64,000 nucleotides of DNA from Rhynchopus sp. YZ270_cl-10 (Eukaryota): the NCBI GenBank assembly GCA_964035575.1, contig OZ037847.1, positions 806,001 through 870,000 of the forward strand, given 5' to 3'. Position numbers and translations under genes: made by a program. Below, piece after piece: positions 1-13,985 of this stretch; positions within the stretch are counted from its first letter, which is position 1; every line of letters starts with the position of its first letter. Below the pieces are notes generated by a model. That model did not search any database. It worked only from the letters and a program-made list of their open reading frames with translations, and was not told the origin of the DNA.

Positions 1-2445
1 AAAAATGAAATAATCTGCCTGATTCGCGAAGTTACAGGCGAAGTCGAAAAAGAGAAGGATTTTCAACGCGTTTGTTTGATACAGTTGGAGACGAAAACGC
101 ACTTTAACCCCACGAGAAGCTGTGTGTACGTCATTTGGCAGGGACGAGACGGTGATGTTACCTCTCTTCCCGTATGATGGCTGTGCTTTTTTTGTGTTGT
201 GCGTAGCATCAGAGTACAGTACCCCAAAATATGTGTGCCGTCCAAAAGTTACTTTATTGTCTCTTTATTGTTGTTCGTTTTTGTTACGTTGAAGCATCTA
301 CACAAAAAAGTCTTCAAATTACCTCCCCAAATCTGCCAAACTTATTTGGGCGACAATATATTTAGAGCTGTATGCAAAAAAATGCCTCCATTCTGACTAA
401 AAAAAAAAACAAACACAATACAAAATACACATTACCCTCCCCCGTCCCTTCTGTTCAAATCGTGTTGAGGCTGGAGTGACGAGAACTAAGGTGTCGCACT
501 GAACGCTGCAAACAATATGAAACTGTTTTGGGATACGCCAGGCAGGGAGAGATAAGCATTTGTTGGGGGTTTTCCTTTTAAAAGAATGCTTCTTTTTTTT
601 GTTGATAATCCGCGTGGTGTCGGTTTGGTAGTGTGACTGCGGCAGTCTTTCACTATTCAATTCCTTGAGAAAAACCACTGTAGCTTATCCGTATGATATC
701 GCACAGGTTCTGTGACTACTCTCTCTTGAGGTTAGCAAGGCCGGTATCTTGTGGTTGTAAATGCAATTTTAAAAAAAGTAGAGTTGAAATACAAAGCCCC
801 TCTCATGACAATGTACCTTGGTACATGAGGCTGTAGGTGGGGACACCCAACCATGCAGTCCTACATCCATTTCAAATTAAATTTAATTAAAATTACATTC
901 ACATTTCCTGATGCATAACCTGCAGTCCATAAAATATTTAGTAATTTTTTTGTACCTTACTATTACGTTCGCAGTTCGATAAACTAAACAAAAAAAATAA
1001 ATAAACAAACAAAAAAAATAAAACGTATAAGATGAATTGGCCTCGCAAAATGGGAAGGAGAGGGACACATTCGTCTAAAAACAAGAACCTTTTTGCGTAA
1101 CATAAAATATCAAACAAAAACATAAACAAAAAATAAAATAAAATTTCTTACAAAAAAAAGGGGGAGGAAATGGGGGAAGTAATCTCTGATGATGGCGTGA
1201 TATTTTTTTTTTCTCCCTTACTCTTTAAAAAAAAGCAAGGGTAGTGCATTGCTTTGTTTTTTTTTTGATGATGTTTGTCGATTATTACTATATTTTTTTT
1301 TGGTTTTGAACACAGGAAAAAACCACAATGGCTGGATTTGCAAATTTTAGCTGTTACACTACAACATACAAACATTAACCGAAGGTTTTTCTGGAAAAAC
1401 GCAGACCAAAAAAAAAGGAAAAGAAAAAAAGTGGAATTGATGCAACAACAGAACCATCTTCATCTCTCTCTCTCTCTCTTCAAGCACCAACTCCATGGTT
1501 ATCGAATCGGGTAAAAACTTTGCACTTATTGGGTGTACAAAAGAAAATGAGGGTGTGTGTGTGCGGCCTACAGCAGCTAGGGCTGAAGGCAAATAAAAGA
1601 GTAGTTGAAAGGGTGCAAACGCCTCACCGTACACCGGCGGGCGCAAAGCACTAAAAATAAAACATGTCATTTACCATCATCCAGTGTGCAGTTGAAACGA
1701 ATCAGAGTACAGCCGATACATAGATGGTCATGAAGGCGGGGAAGGGGGGGATGGGGAGGAATGCAGGTAGTGAGAAGGGAGGTGGTGGGAGATATCAACA
1801 CGTGATTTGACTGAATTGTTAACGACTGTCAAAAAAAATATTAATGTTTTTTTTGAATAAGATTTTTTCCGTTGAAGAAGAACGTAACAATGAACAAAAA
1901 AAAAAAGTAAAACCAGAAAATGAAAAATCAGAAAATAGAAACATATACAAAACTGATTCTTTCTTGTGTTTTTTTTTTTGACATTGATTATTATTATTAT
2001 TGCTGTTGTATCGACAAACCTAATTAGGCTCTGTAGTAAATGCCGTGTGGGAGGTTGTACTTTAACTACATGGATACATATTAACATAAATCGTCTTCAA
2101 CGAAAAAATAAAGCTTTTTTTTTTGATGATTTTGTTTTTTTTTGATAAAATTGTTGGAATAGTGGATGTTCTTGCCACATTGTGCAAGTCCCCACTCTAT
2201 ATTTTAGTATCGGCAATCACCACGTCAAATGACAGGGTCTAGATAAATAATGTTACCGTTAAAGGGGCACTTCTCATCTATGAACGGCGTGTCAGAGAGA
2301 GATGAGACAAACAGAGAACTCTGGCCCGATTATGAAAAAAAAATTTTTTTTTGAAAACTTGGTTGCATTAGTGTAGACATCCCCTGGGGATGACCTCCAC
2401 TTTTATAATTTTTTTTTTGTTTTTTTTTTTTTTTTGCCTTTTTTT

Positions 2446-3264
2446 CAGGGGAGTTTAAAAGTTTGGATTTTTTTCAAAAAAATCGGTTTGAGGTAAAAAA
2501 TCGGTTTGGGCAAAAAAAAGCGAATTCCGAGCTTTCTCGCCCCCCCACGGGCCTCACCCCCCACCCTTCATCCCTTAACAACTTTTTTCGATTTCTGTTC
2601 CTTTTTAAAAATTTTTCTCAAAGATCTGAACAGAAACGAACAGGCACCCACGAACAGAACGCAACGAACGCATCCAACACAACGCAACCGATCTGAATGC
2701 ATCGAACGGAACCCAAGCAACGCAACGAGTGGTTACAAACCGCAGCCCACCTTCGGTACCCCGCAAGTGCGTTTCCGGCGCCACATACACGGGTCTGGGC
2801 CCAAAAAACCGGGTTTTGGGCTGAAACTCGTGGTTTTCGGTGAAAAACGCCCGTTTTGCCTTAAGGAACGCACGTTTCTAAACACTTTGGTGCCTCTGCG
2901 TGAAATGTCTATTTTTGGTGGACCCCGTATGGGGGGGTGTAGGTACAGGGTGCGTAGCAAAAGCAACCTTAAAAACCTCAACACAGATTGTTAAGGAATT
3001 TTTGAGGGATGGGGTTATCCCTCAGGGCCTCACTTCCCCCTTCCTCTCTCACTCATGTTTGGCTTCTCCGAACTCCGTCCGTCAAATGGTGGGGTCACAT
3101 TATCTGCAAAAACAGGATTTTTCTGGACAGAAACCCTGTTACGAGGAATTTTTTTTTTTCAAAAATCCAGATTTTCCATAGCTTTTTTTTTTTTTTTTTT
3201 CAAAATCCTCAAACCGAATTTTTCGGTTTTTGAAACCGGTAAACCGATATTTTAAACTCCCCTG
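2446..3264. mobile_element. hAT-like non-autonomous DNA transposon (MITE), 819 bp
   Basis: Perfect 15-bp TIRs CAGGGGAGTTTAAAA (2446-2460) / TTTTAAACTCCCCTG (3250-3264); 8-bp direct repeat CTTTTTTT on both sides (2438-2445, 3265-3272; low complexity). CAGGG termini plus an 8-bp TSD are typical of hAT. No transposase ORF. Confidence 0.8.
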
Positions 3265-4892
3265 CTTTTTTTGTTTTTTTGTTGACAATCCCCTGCCGAG
3301 GCAGGTTCTGTACATTTTTTTTTGTTTTTTTTTGGTTGATTTTTTATTATTTTTTTTGAAGTTTTTCGACACATAATCACCACCGTGATGTCTGCGTCTA
3401 TTTTTTGTTTTTTGTGGGACAATCTTTGTTTTTTTGTAGGATGATGTAAGTTTTGGCGGGAAAAAAGGGTGAAAGAAAGAAGTAATGTAGTGACACGGCC
3501 CGCCGTATTCCCCCAGCATATCGTTTGAGTTGTACTTACTGTTCAGGAGTACACGAATCATCAAAATTATTTTTGCACGCTGCTGGATACTAACCATCAA
3601 ATACAATGGCAAATCCTTTGTGAAGAAACGGTTTAAAAAATACACACCTTCAAAAAAAATAAAGGGTTTATAAAGCTTTGGTAAAACGCCTTTATAGATG
3701 AACTTAAGCCTCTCCTGCTTTGTCATCAGAGAAGAATCATTTCATATACTTTATATTCTACTGAATAAAAGGTATAATAGGGACGGTACCCAAAACTTCA
3801 AAGAAAAAACGAGGTGTATATTCACGTTTTCGGTGCAACACATTTTTTTTTGCAGCTGTAAAACAAAATTTATGTCGTGCATACTCGCAGAACACTAAAT
3901 ACGATAAGCAATAACATTACATTATCCGCATCCGTAAATTAACCCTAAAAGAGAGTCAAAATAGAATGAAGACAATCGATAACGTTGCTTGTTTTGTTGT
4001 CATTGTTGATGATGAGCATTTACTTTTTTTTTTGATTATTTTTTTTAAAAATTTAATCCATTGGATTAGCACAACTGCCACAGCAGTTTTTTTACTTTTG
4101 AAGAGAAAAAAAAAAACCCCCCCGTTGGAATAAACACACAAATTACACCAAAAAAAAAAGGTTGGCACCTTTTTTTTTTTTTTTGCAACACCCCCTCCAT
4201 GAGCCTGAAAATCGTAAAATCAATGTCAGCCCAATTTTTTTTTTTTTTTGGAAAAATATTGCATCTCTGTTGCCACCAAAATCATGATGGCAAATCGCAA
4301 TGCAGCAATACCCTAACGGCAGTAGGTTATTGTAGGAGGGGGGTCCTCTGTCCTCCATCATTTGGACTCTCTTTTGAAGTACAATACCCTGTTGTGTTTT
4401 TTTTTTTTCGTTGTGTCGACAATCGCCGAGTCATCCCACCAGGTGGGAGAATTCGGGTCTTTTCAAAAAAACTTGGTTGTATTAGTGTAGCTCTACAAAC
4501 TAAACACTTTTACGGCACCGTATTTTTCTTTTCCTTCCCTCCCCTTAGAAAATTGCTTTGCAGACACACAGGGTGGGAATTGAGTACTTGCTCGTACGGG
4601 TCTGCATGACATTCGACACTGCCCCCGCTCTCACAAACCCCAACTACCTCCATTTTCGGGCAACATAAAATAGCTTTTATGAGGGTGCCTCCTGTTCTAT
4701 TCCTACGATACCTTTAGTGGTCAGGAGTGGGGTCATCAGTGGCAGTGTCCTAAGGGGCGTCATGTGTCAATACTTTTCCAAAAAATAAATTTTGGAAAAT
4801 ATGAGATACACAAAAGAAAAAATGACGTCTCCCCGCACTGCCACCCACCCCTTTGTTCAAACAATGGAGAATTATGGCATTTCAAAGAGCAA

Positions 4893-4958
4893 TGAGAGAG
4901 GGGAAAAGAGAGAGGGGAAAAGAGAGAGGGGAAAAGAGAGAGGGGAAAAGAGAGAGGG
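4893..4958. repeat. Purine minisatellite (AGAGAGGGGAAA-like unit), about 5 copies
   Basis: Tandem gagagaggggaaaa units visible directly. Confidence 0.85.
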
Positions 4959-7900
4959 GGGATGCTCGTGGAACAATAATTTGGAAAGCTTTCAAGAACA
5001 AGACTGGAGATGAAAAAACACGAGCAATATTACCTTCTTTTTTTGTTTTTGTTTTTTTTTTTTGGTCTCCTTTCGAATCCGCGAAAGATTGTCCTCCTCA
5101 GCTTCAAAACAAGGTTTGCTTTCCGCCTTTGTTGGCCTTCGCATAGAAGGTCTTTCACTGAAAAGCAAACACTTGCAAGAAGAACATGAAGGACACATTT
5201 GAACGGACCTGCAAGAGAGCACCACGGGAAGCGGGGTGCACGAATAGGGCATCTTATGTTTTCCTTTTTTTATACTATCCGTCATTCGAATGGAACCAAA
5301 AAACGCTGGGAGGGAGGGGAGCATTTCTGCGGAGGGGAGAGAGAGAGAGAGAGAGAGAGGAGGGGGCTGGGAATAGGGTAGTGGGGTCTCTTTGAAAAAC
5401 TGGTTGGAATGAGTTACACCTTTTCATTGTGCGATTTCCATTCTCCATTTAGTCACCCGCCTTACAGGATTGTGGGGGGGAAAAAACCCAACCTTGTCTA
5501 CAAAATTTGGGCTATGAGATACAACTTTTGTTCTCTTTAGTTCAGTGGCAGCGGGACGATACAGTACATCCCCTACCATACGCTACTAACCCGCAATACT
5601 GTTTATATTGCTATAAGCGATGTAGCTGGAATATTCAAACAAGGAGAGGGGAAAAGGGGAGCTGTTCCTAAATACTTTGAAATAAAGGGGGGGGGGTAAA
5701 AAGGGGTGTGTAGGGCGGAATACCTACACAAAATTTGGGCAATGTTCTTTAGGACTACCCCATAACTGCTTTTTTAACACACACACACAAAAAAACACTT
5801 CGTAAAACGAGAGACTGTTCTGGACCTGTTCTTAGATGAGTATGGAAATATTAAAAATAAAAAAAATCTTCGTCAAGATGAGCGCCCGGGGGCACATCTT
5901 TGATGGGGAGGGGGGAATGAAATCAGCTCATCCAGTACAAACACATGACTATTTGAAGTTCAGAAATACAAACTTGCCAAGTCGGTGAAACAATATGTCT
6001 GTAAAGGGTGAACAAAAATGAAAACAAATGTGAGGTCTGCGCTCAGATGCCATCAGACAGAAATATAGGGTGATTAAAACACAGGTATTTGAGAAAAGAA
6101 AATGACACAATATGGTAAATGCGTTTCAGAGTTCAGAGAAACGTCTGTTGAGAGGTGTTGGATGGGAACGCCAAGAGCATACAGACGTAGGCACTGACAA
6201 CAAAATGTAATAAGTGAATGGGCAAGCAAGGGAGCGGATATTCTTGAAGAAGGTGGGGTAAGACGATGGCACAGCTGCTGTGGATAACATATCATTACAG
6301 TTGCAAGGTGCAACTGCAACTCAGCTGTCACATGCATTGTTATCTACAAACAGATATAAAATGAGTGATTTTTTTTACTACTATCAACTTTGAGACCTGC
6401 ATCAGGGCCTTCCCACTTCCTTTTTCTGCTTGTTTTCTTTTGTCATTTGCATAGTGTGTTTTGTGTGACACGCTATGCAGTTTCTTTTCTTGCTTCAGCG
6501 TTTAAATGGGCAAGGATACATGGACAGTTTCGTTATATAAGACAATCAGTAGCCCAATTGCTACAGAGCAGTCATCTTTGATGAGAAGCGTATTTTTTGT
6601 TTCCCCCCCTTATTTTGCCTGCTGAAGACTTTTTTTTTGGGTTTGTCACGTTTTTTTTTTTTTTTTGTACAATCTCCACGTTTCGCTCAACTGGGGCTGC
6701 AAAAACAAAAAGCAAATTGCTGATGCAGAACACCACATTAATAAGCGTCCCCGGAGGCACCAAAAAAGGCAACGCATCCACACGCGTTTTCGTTGTTCTG
6801 TTTTTTTTCTCCCACAAAAATAATTCATCCGTTTTTATACGAAAAACATTAAAGTGATAAAAGGTCTTTAAACACGGTGCGGCGTGAGTTGCTTCGTGGA
6901 CAAGAATAGCAAATGCTTCTCTCACTGGGGGGAAACCTTCAATGACAATGCCATTGACAACGCAGCCTGAACACATTGACTGCTTGGGGGAGGAGGGGGT
7001 GAATTGAACTATGCAAGAAGGCAAGAAGCTAAGGAAAGACCACTTACCATGGAGTTAGGATTCCGTGATGTTTGTGTTGTGAGCAACAAACGTGGTGACA
7101 ATAAAGTCAGAGTTGGGAGAAAATGTTTTGTCATATTGAAAAGTTGTGTAGACACCTACACATTTTAATTTATTTTTCGAGAAAAATAAAGGGGAAGTTC
7201 GCAGTGCAACCGCCTCTAAGGACGCTGACACCAAAAAAAGAAAGTTTAGAGAGACAGAAACGCACCTTGCCGTGGCTAGGTACGCCTGGTCTTTCAAAAA
7301 AAAAAAAAAATGCACGCAAATTAAATTTCTTCAGTGTTTCTTAAATGATGAATTGTTTGGCCGCAATCTCCACGGTATTTAGCATAATACCAATATTGGG
7401 ATCAAGCTGACTTCACTGCTCTCTTTCTGTATAAAAGGATTCAAATCGATGTGCAGATCGTTTTTATTGTTCTGTTGGCAAACCCTCCCTTTGCTGACTG
7501 TTGCGGTCGGCGTTAGGAGAAGAAATACCCCCGCTTATTTCGTATCCAAAGTGATAAAAAAAATATATACAAAATATTGTCAAAATTATCTGCACGCAAA
7601 AAGCTAAAAGAAAGTAAGGAATAATACACCTTTCTGACGAAGGCCACCTCCGCCTCCCCTTACTCCAATTGGAGCAAAATATATGAAAGAGTTCTGTGAT
7701 TTTTTTTTTTTTTTTTGCAGTGTGGTGTTGTTGCAGTGATGTCACCGTGTCGAATTGTAGTCAACGTGCGGGTAAAACGTGGTTCATCGTTTCTTTTTCT
7801 CAGGGTGGTGCTAGCCTGTCTTATTGAAGTAACTATAGACTGGGGCAAAGGGTCTCATTTGAAGATGGGACCCAACGACCTAGATGTAGCTTTGTTTTAG

Positions 7901-10651
7901 GACTGGGCATGCAAAAAAAAAAATATTCAAAATAAAAACAAAACAAGATATAATTCAATAAAAATCAACCGCAGCTATTCACAAAAGGTGAGAGACACGT
8001 TGTTAATTTTTCAAAAAAAAAAAAAAAAAAATCAAAAAAAATTTGGGAAAAGGGCGAAAGGCACACAGGTTTGAACTACAAGCACAGTTCATAACAACCC
8101 CTCTTCATTTCTAAGATTTCCTCTGGGAATACCTTATTGTATAGAGCAGGCAGAAATAGCGTTACCTCTGTCAACTGTGTTGCACCCTCCAACCTTTAAA
8201 AGTAAATAACTTGAAAGAATGGGCCTCACGACCCAGACAAAAAAATATATATACCACATACAAACAATTGGTGCCTCCTCGTGCTGTCTTTGCGTTCACC
8301 GTACTGGTTCCTTAAGGAGGAACACAGATAGGTTAATTGAGAGAGAAAAAGACCCCACATATGTGGGCATAGTGCAGGCATTCTATCGAATGCACGGCAC
8401 TGTCTCTTTGGAGTCCTCCTGCTAGCTGAATCTGTAGTGCAAGTGTCTCCCAAGACACAGCTTGACTAAGATAAAGATAGCAACAAAACCAAATAAAAGA
8501 ACAACAAAAAGAAGCACACTTTGCTCATATTAGAAATGCAAAAATTGGAAATCGGAAAAAAAAAGGAAGAGAAAAAATCAGGCACTCCGCTAGGTACTAA
8601 AGTTCTGTTGATTGTCAACAGAACTTTTTGAAAATGGGGAAAAAAAGAAAAAAAAAAAAGTTCTGCTGAGTGGTTCAGACCCGTTCTACCTGTCAAAAAA
8701 GCTCAGGAGAAGAAGATATGGAGAGGTGAGTGCTCAAACGTCCCAAAAAAGTCAAAATCGGGCGTTGGTAAAAAAAAAGTTGCGTACCGTGCGCCTGCGG
8801 CGCAAGCATGTACCCCACCAACGTGGACCATCAACAGAATATTTTCAAAATCGGAAATCCTAGCGGAGAGCCTGAAAAAAATACCCACAAAAAAAAAAAA
8901 AAGATGAACTGTTGGTATCGCTACTGCAGACATCAGTTTGTAGGCAGAATGCAAAAAATGGGGGGTGTGAATGCAAACCTCGTCAATGAGCGTAGCTAAC
9001 GGGTGCAAACACAATACATATAAAGGCGTTAATAGGGAAACAAAAGGAGGGGAGCAAACACAAACGCTTTCACGCATTGAGCTATTGAACAAAACACACG
9101 AAAAGCAATTAACGTTTCTACATAGAGGGGTACCATGCAGCATTGCGCTGAAGGCTAAGTACCACTCTAGGTACAGGCTGAAGGAGACTTCGGATTGGCT
9201 CACGAAGTCGAATTTGAACGGGTTTAGTGTGTTCAGCAAAGGCAAAAAAAAAAAAAAAAAGTATTTAAAAAAAAAAACAACCATACACAAAGAAACTTGG
9301 CATAAATGAGCGTTGCGTACGCATCCTAAAAAATACGCTACCAGAAAAAGAGATGGAGAAATAGGGGGAAACAAAAAAATAAAAAAAATGGCTACCGTAT
9401 CCCGAGAGAACGACGCTCGCACCGCCGTTTCAGGCAACTGACGTATTTCGGGTGCAATTCTGGCATTTGTGCTACTTCAATCTGCTTCGGCAGGTGGATG
9501 TTGCAACTTTGCCGTGCTCTCATTTCACCTGATCGCGGCTAAAGAACATACTGTACTGTAGCTTAGAAAAGTTCACTCACGACGAAGAGTCGAGATACAA
9601 AAAAGTAACGAATAAAAATGGGGATTGATGTGGGCAAGGCAGTCACGCGTCAAGTGCACAAGAAAGCTCATTTACAACGTTGCTGTCTTGTGCACTGGAA
9701 ATGTAGCTGGCCCTTGAACATTCCATGATTCGTGTTCGGGAGAAAAAAAAAATGGGCATCGGACAGAAAACATATATTACGACAAACAAACTCTGGTTCA
9801 AATAGATATTGGCTCATGTCGTTTGCTTCTGTACGCACAAAAAAATTTTCATACACTTTCTAGGAGAACAGAAAGTCTGAGGGAACACATATCCCCTCTA
9901 AAAAAGCGAAGTTGAGAGTGCAAACGCCTCTGTACGCAGGCACTGACAAAGGAAAAAAAAAACCCCGAAATGGGTTGAAGGGCAATTGAAAAGGGGTTGG
10001 TAGGTGTACCAGAAAATATACAAAAAAGGGGGTTTCGAATGTAAATAGGAACAGCGTAGGGGGTTTCGGAAAATGGGGTGGAAAGGGGTGGGGTGGGGTG
10101 GGGTTGTCCTGTTGAGTGACGAAAAAAAAGAGTTCGGGAAATAAAGTTTAAAAAAAAAAAAAAACAGAAATGGTGATGTTGAAAGTAGAAAAACAATTAT
10201 CTGCGTTAAAAGTTAAAGACAAAAAAAGGGTGAAGTTGAAAAAAAAAAATATGAGGGAAAAAAAAGAGAAGCTGAAAGTGCAAAAAGGGGGAGAAAGACC
10301 ATCTCGTGTGTTCCCCATTACTGAGCGTGCCGCATGACACATACTGTAAGCTTGCATCAAACTGAGCAAAACCTGTCTCTGAACAGCCACACATAACAGT
10401 AATGGTACACCAAAAAAAAGATGCCAAAAAAAAAAGAGAGAAAATCTGAATGTACCTTACAAAAAGTACAGACAAGGGGAGAGGGAAACTTGAAAGATCA
10501 ATGGGCACCATACATCTTTTTTAAATGAGATTACTACCAAAACAAAACAAAATGAAATTTTTAGTTTTCCACCTCAGCAGGAGGCGGACATGAATGGGAC
10601 AAAAAAAAAAAAAATATGCAAAAAAGACCCCCCTTTAGATTTTTAAGTTAT

Positions 10652-11266
10652 CTAGTTGCAACGGACGGTGCCAGACGGGGAGTAGGGGTCGTGGCGGAAG
10701 GTGAAGCGGGATTCGTCCTGGGAGTCACCGGTGCTTCCGGTTTCGGCACCACTGCGCTTGTCGGATTCATCCGATTCACACGAGGACCTGGTTGTGTGAG
10801 ACCCTTCAGCGTCCTTCGCCTCAAGGGCGCTCTTCTTGAGAGGGCTTCCGCCAGACCTGCGCTTCTGTGTGGTGCGCTCGCGGAGCTCCTTCAGCAGAAC
10901 ACTGCCGAAGGCTTCGACGTGGTCGGCAGTCTCATCCGAAGGGTCAGTCGGGTAGGTACCACGAGCGTAGATGTGGGGGTGTGGGCATTCGTTCCCGACA
11001 GTGCACTTACCACGGTAGAAATCGGGGCATTTGTGGTGCATGGTGATCTCGGTTGCCCACTTAGCACCACATTCGAAGCAACGAAGGAGGACACCTCCGC
11101 TCTTGCGGAGCTTCCTGACACGCTGCCAAGCGTTGTGCACGCAGGGACCCTCCGCGGTGACAGCAAGACGCGACTCATTGGCGTCGGCAGCAACAGGACT
11201 GGGCGGGGTGCTGCTGTTGGCGCTTCCGACGCTGGTGCCAGTCTTCTTCAATGAAGGCATGTGCAT
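10652..11266 (-). CDS. CCCH zinc-finger protein (probable RNA-binding)
   Basis: 204-aa ORF in a GC-rich coding island. C-x7-C-x5-C-x3-H motif (CPDFYRGKCTVGNECPHPH), preceded by a second putative Zn site CVHN.W....LRCFECGAKW. A polypyrimidine tract lies upstream on the minus strand. Confidence 0.85.
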   Translation of the reverse strand: MHMPSLKKTGTSVGSANSSTPPSPVAADANESRLAVTAEGPCVHNAWQRVRKLRKSGGVLLRCFECGAKWATEITMHHKCPDFYRGKCTVGNECPHPHIYARGTYPTDPSDETADHVEAFGSVLLKELRERTTQKRRSGGSPLKKSALEAKDAEGSHTTRSSCESDESDKRSGAETGSTGDSQDESRFTFRHDPYSPSGTVRCN

Positions 11267-13985
11267 TGTGAAGAGAAAAAGGTAAAGGAGAAAAAAGAGA
11301 AGAAGGAACGAAGACGAGGTTCGAGCGGCTTCCGGTTCGCGAGAAGAAGAAGAAGGGGGGCAAACTAAAAGGCAGGAAGCACAAAAAGAATGTGGTATAA
11401 TAATAACCTGCGTGACATTGCACCACCCCCCAGCCCCGTTCCCCTCCCCTCATCCCTACCCATCCCCACACCCTCCTCAGGACCCATACGGTGAACTGAT
11501 TGCAGATCAGGGTTCGCGAATCCATGGTCTGCTCAGATTCATGACTCACAACAAAGTTGAAAGTGCAAACACATCACCATATTCTCCGCCGATTATCGAA
11601 CCCCAGAAAGCACTTCATTGTCCACAACACCTTCAAAAAGGTGGTGTTTGAGTCATCATCAATCTTAAGAAAACCCTAAGAAATGATAGTTGACACACAC
11701 CAATGAACGATGCAGGCACAAAAGAAAATGTTTACTACGACCAACACCAGAAGAGTCTAAAACAACCCCTCTTCGACCGGTCAGTGGTGACCCCATCCCA
11801 TGCAAACCCCTCCCCTCCCCTCTTCCACATATCGCTCGCCTCTCCTGCCTCACTACCGATGCCGTACTCACTTCAAAGCGTTTTCTGAAAAACAGGATTA
11901 TGCTCACTCACCCCAAATAGACTGAGGGAATGCAACCACGGGAGAGCCGAACGCCGTGCACAACATGATGTCATTGCAGTTCGGTTTAAACCCCCCTTTT
12001 TTTCACCCCTCCCAAAAGAAGCTGTTTCGGGTTCAAACGAACTCTCATCTCAGACTCACTCCTCACACCCCCCCTTCGTGCAATCCAGATATCCAGCAGA
12101 ATTTATTCAAAAAAAAGAATTCTTTGATAAAATTCGCGAGGATTTCTCGGCACGAAACCGCTCCCTAAACATTTTTATCCCTCTACGTACATAGCCCGAC
12201 ATATACAATACAGCGTTGAACTCACAGAAGCAGATCCGATTCACATCCCTACAGCGTGAACTGCAGCTTTTGGACGAGAACGGCTCTTTCAAAGAAACCG
12301 AGAGATGGGAATGGGGCATGGTGCACACACAATTCTCATCTTCTTGCGTTTCAAGAACCATCTGTAAAGACACACTGCACCCACCTCCTTCTGCGACACC
12401 CAAAACGCAAAGACCAACTCACCCTATCCCTCCCCCCTCCCCCTCCCACACCTCTCCCTCTCTGTCTACATGATCGATTCTCAGATATTCACACCACCTC
12501 ATGAACAAACGCCAACGTCACCATAACTGAGGGGTGTCTTTCATATTATCAACAAGGTCTATCAGCATGGACCCCATAACCACCTCCCAACCACATCCCC
12601 TTTACTTCTCATGCAGGGCAAAAAAGGTACACCGAGAAAAGACCCCAAAAAAAAACGGAACTCAAACACACCCCCTTTTTGCAGTCTCGATCCATCTGAA
12701 CACCCTAAGCCCAACCCCCTCCATCTCCCCTATCACCTCACAAAGAGAGCTGTCTCTTAGGCAGCCTAGATAGAAGGTCCCATCCTGACGAATGCAACAA
12801 GTCTATGAAGGGGTGCAGACAGCCTTTTGCGATAACAGCTTTGGTATGAGAGCAATAACCATAACACAATCCGCCACTGCACACGGTTTTCGAGGCATCC
12901 AAACCATGATACATTCCACTATCATTCAAAATACCCATTCCCCGCACAGCACTCCGCTCCGCTTCCACGAATCATACCTCATTAACGTACAACGGTCAGT
13001 ATTAGTGCTTTCTCTCTCTCTTTCTAACCGCCTTTCAAAAACCCAACTCAATCCGCTTTTGTTGTCAAAGAAAACAGCATCCCAGAACCCTCCCTTCCCA
13101 ACCCAATAAAACTCCGATGAAAAGAGAACGAAACCGCTTTTGGAAGACAAAAGCCAACGCCATCCTTTGAGCACAAATCGGCATCGTACAAAACAGCATT
13201 GTGCACCATACAGACAAAGCAACCATGCAAACAGCCATGAGAGAGGTTCGCTACCCTCTTGACCAATGGTGAGCACCACACACCACTAGCAGAGAGTGGG
13301 AAGCTCTCTTACTACAACCCTTTCCCCCCCCATTTCCCCCCTCCTCCTCCTCCTCCTCTCCAGATTGTAGCGGCAACCTCTGCATAGTATAACTGCTGGA
13401 TGGACAAAATCATTGCCCCAGATTGAATCCTGAAAACCCTAGGATTTTGTGTCCGAGGAATGACAATGAAATGCCAGTGGGTGTGTGCGAATAGTGTGTC
13501 TCAGTGGTACAGGACGATCTCAGAAAGAACATCTACCATGAAGCAACACAGATTTCAGAAGACACGCCGTTTCTCTATGCAACACCCATCAAAGTTTAGT
13601 ACACACAAAACCCGTTGCAACCCCCTCCCCTACCCTCAGGTGAAAACACCGCCACATTTCTGCCATATTGACAAGAAATCTGCTAGGGAGGAGAGAAAAA
13701 AAAGACAAGGATCTATCATAGAACTATGTCATTATTTTTCTTCCAGGGAATCCCCCCCCCACCCCGACAAGGCAATCAACACCAGAACGTCGCACAGAAG
13801 GAATTAGAACCACATCCCCCTTTTTTCTTTAAAAAAAGATTTTTAAAAAAAACGTTATAACTACTCATGGGGGGCATAACAGATACAATACAAATTGCCC
13901 CCCTTTGTTCTTTCTTTCGTCTTTCGTCCTCCTTCTCCTCCTCCACCGCCGCCGCCGCCACACCCAAATTTGGCCGAAAAGACCG

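Noticed and set aside
6572..7024. HEATH (HExxH) metalloprotease motif in a 150-aa ORF
   Set aside because: The rest of the ORF is poly-A-derived low complexity with no supporting protease context.
8599..8627. Perfect 13-bp-stem hairpin AAAGTTCTGTTGA-TTG-TCAACAGAACTTT
   Set aside because: Single copy. The partial resemblance to a reversed family D motif follows from its self-complementarity.
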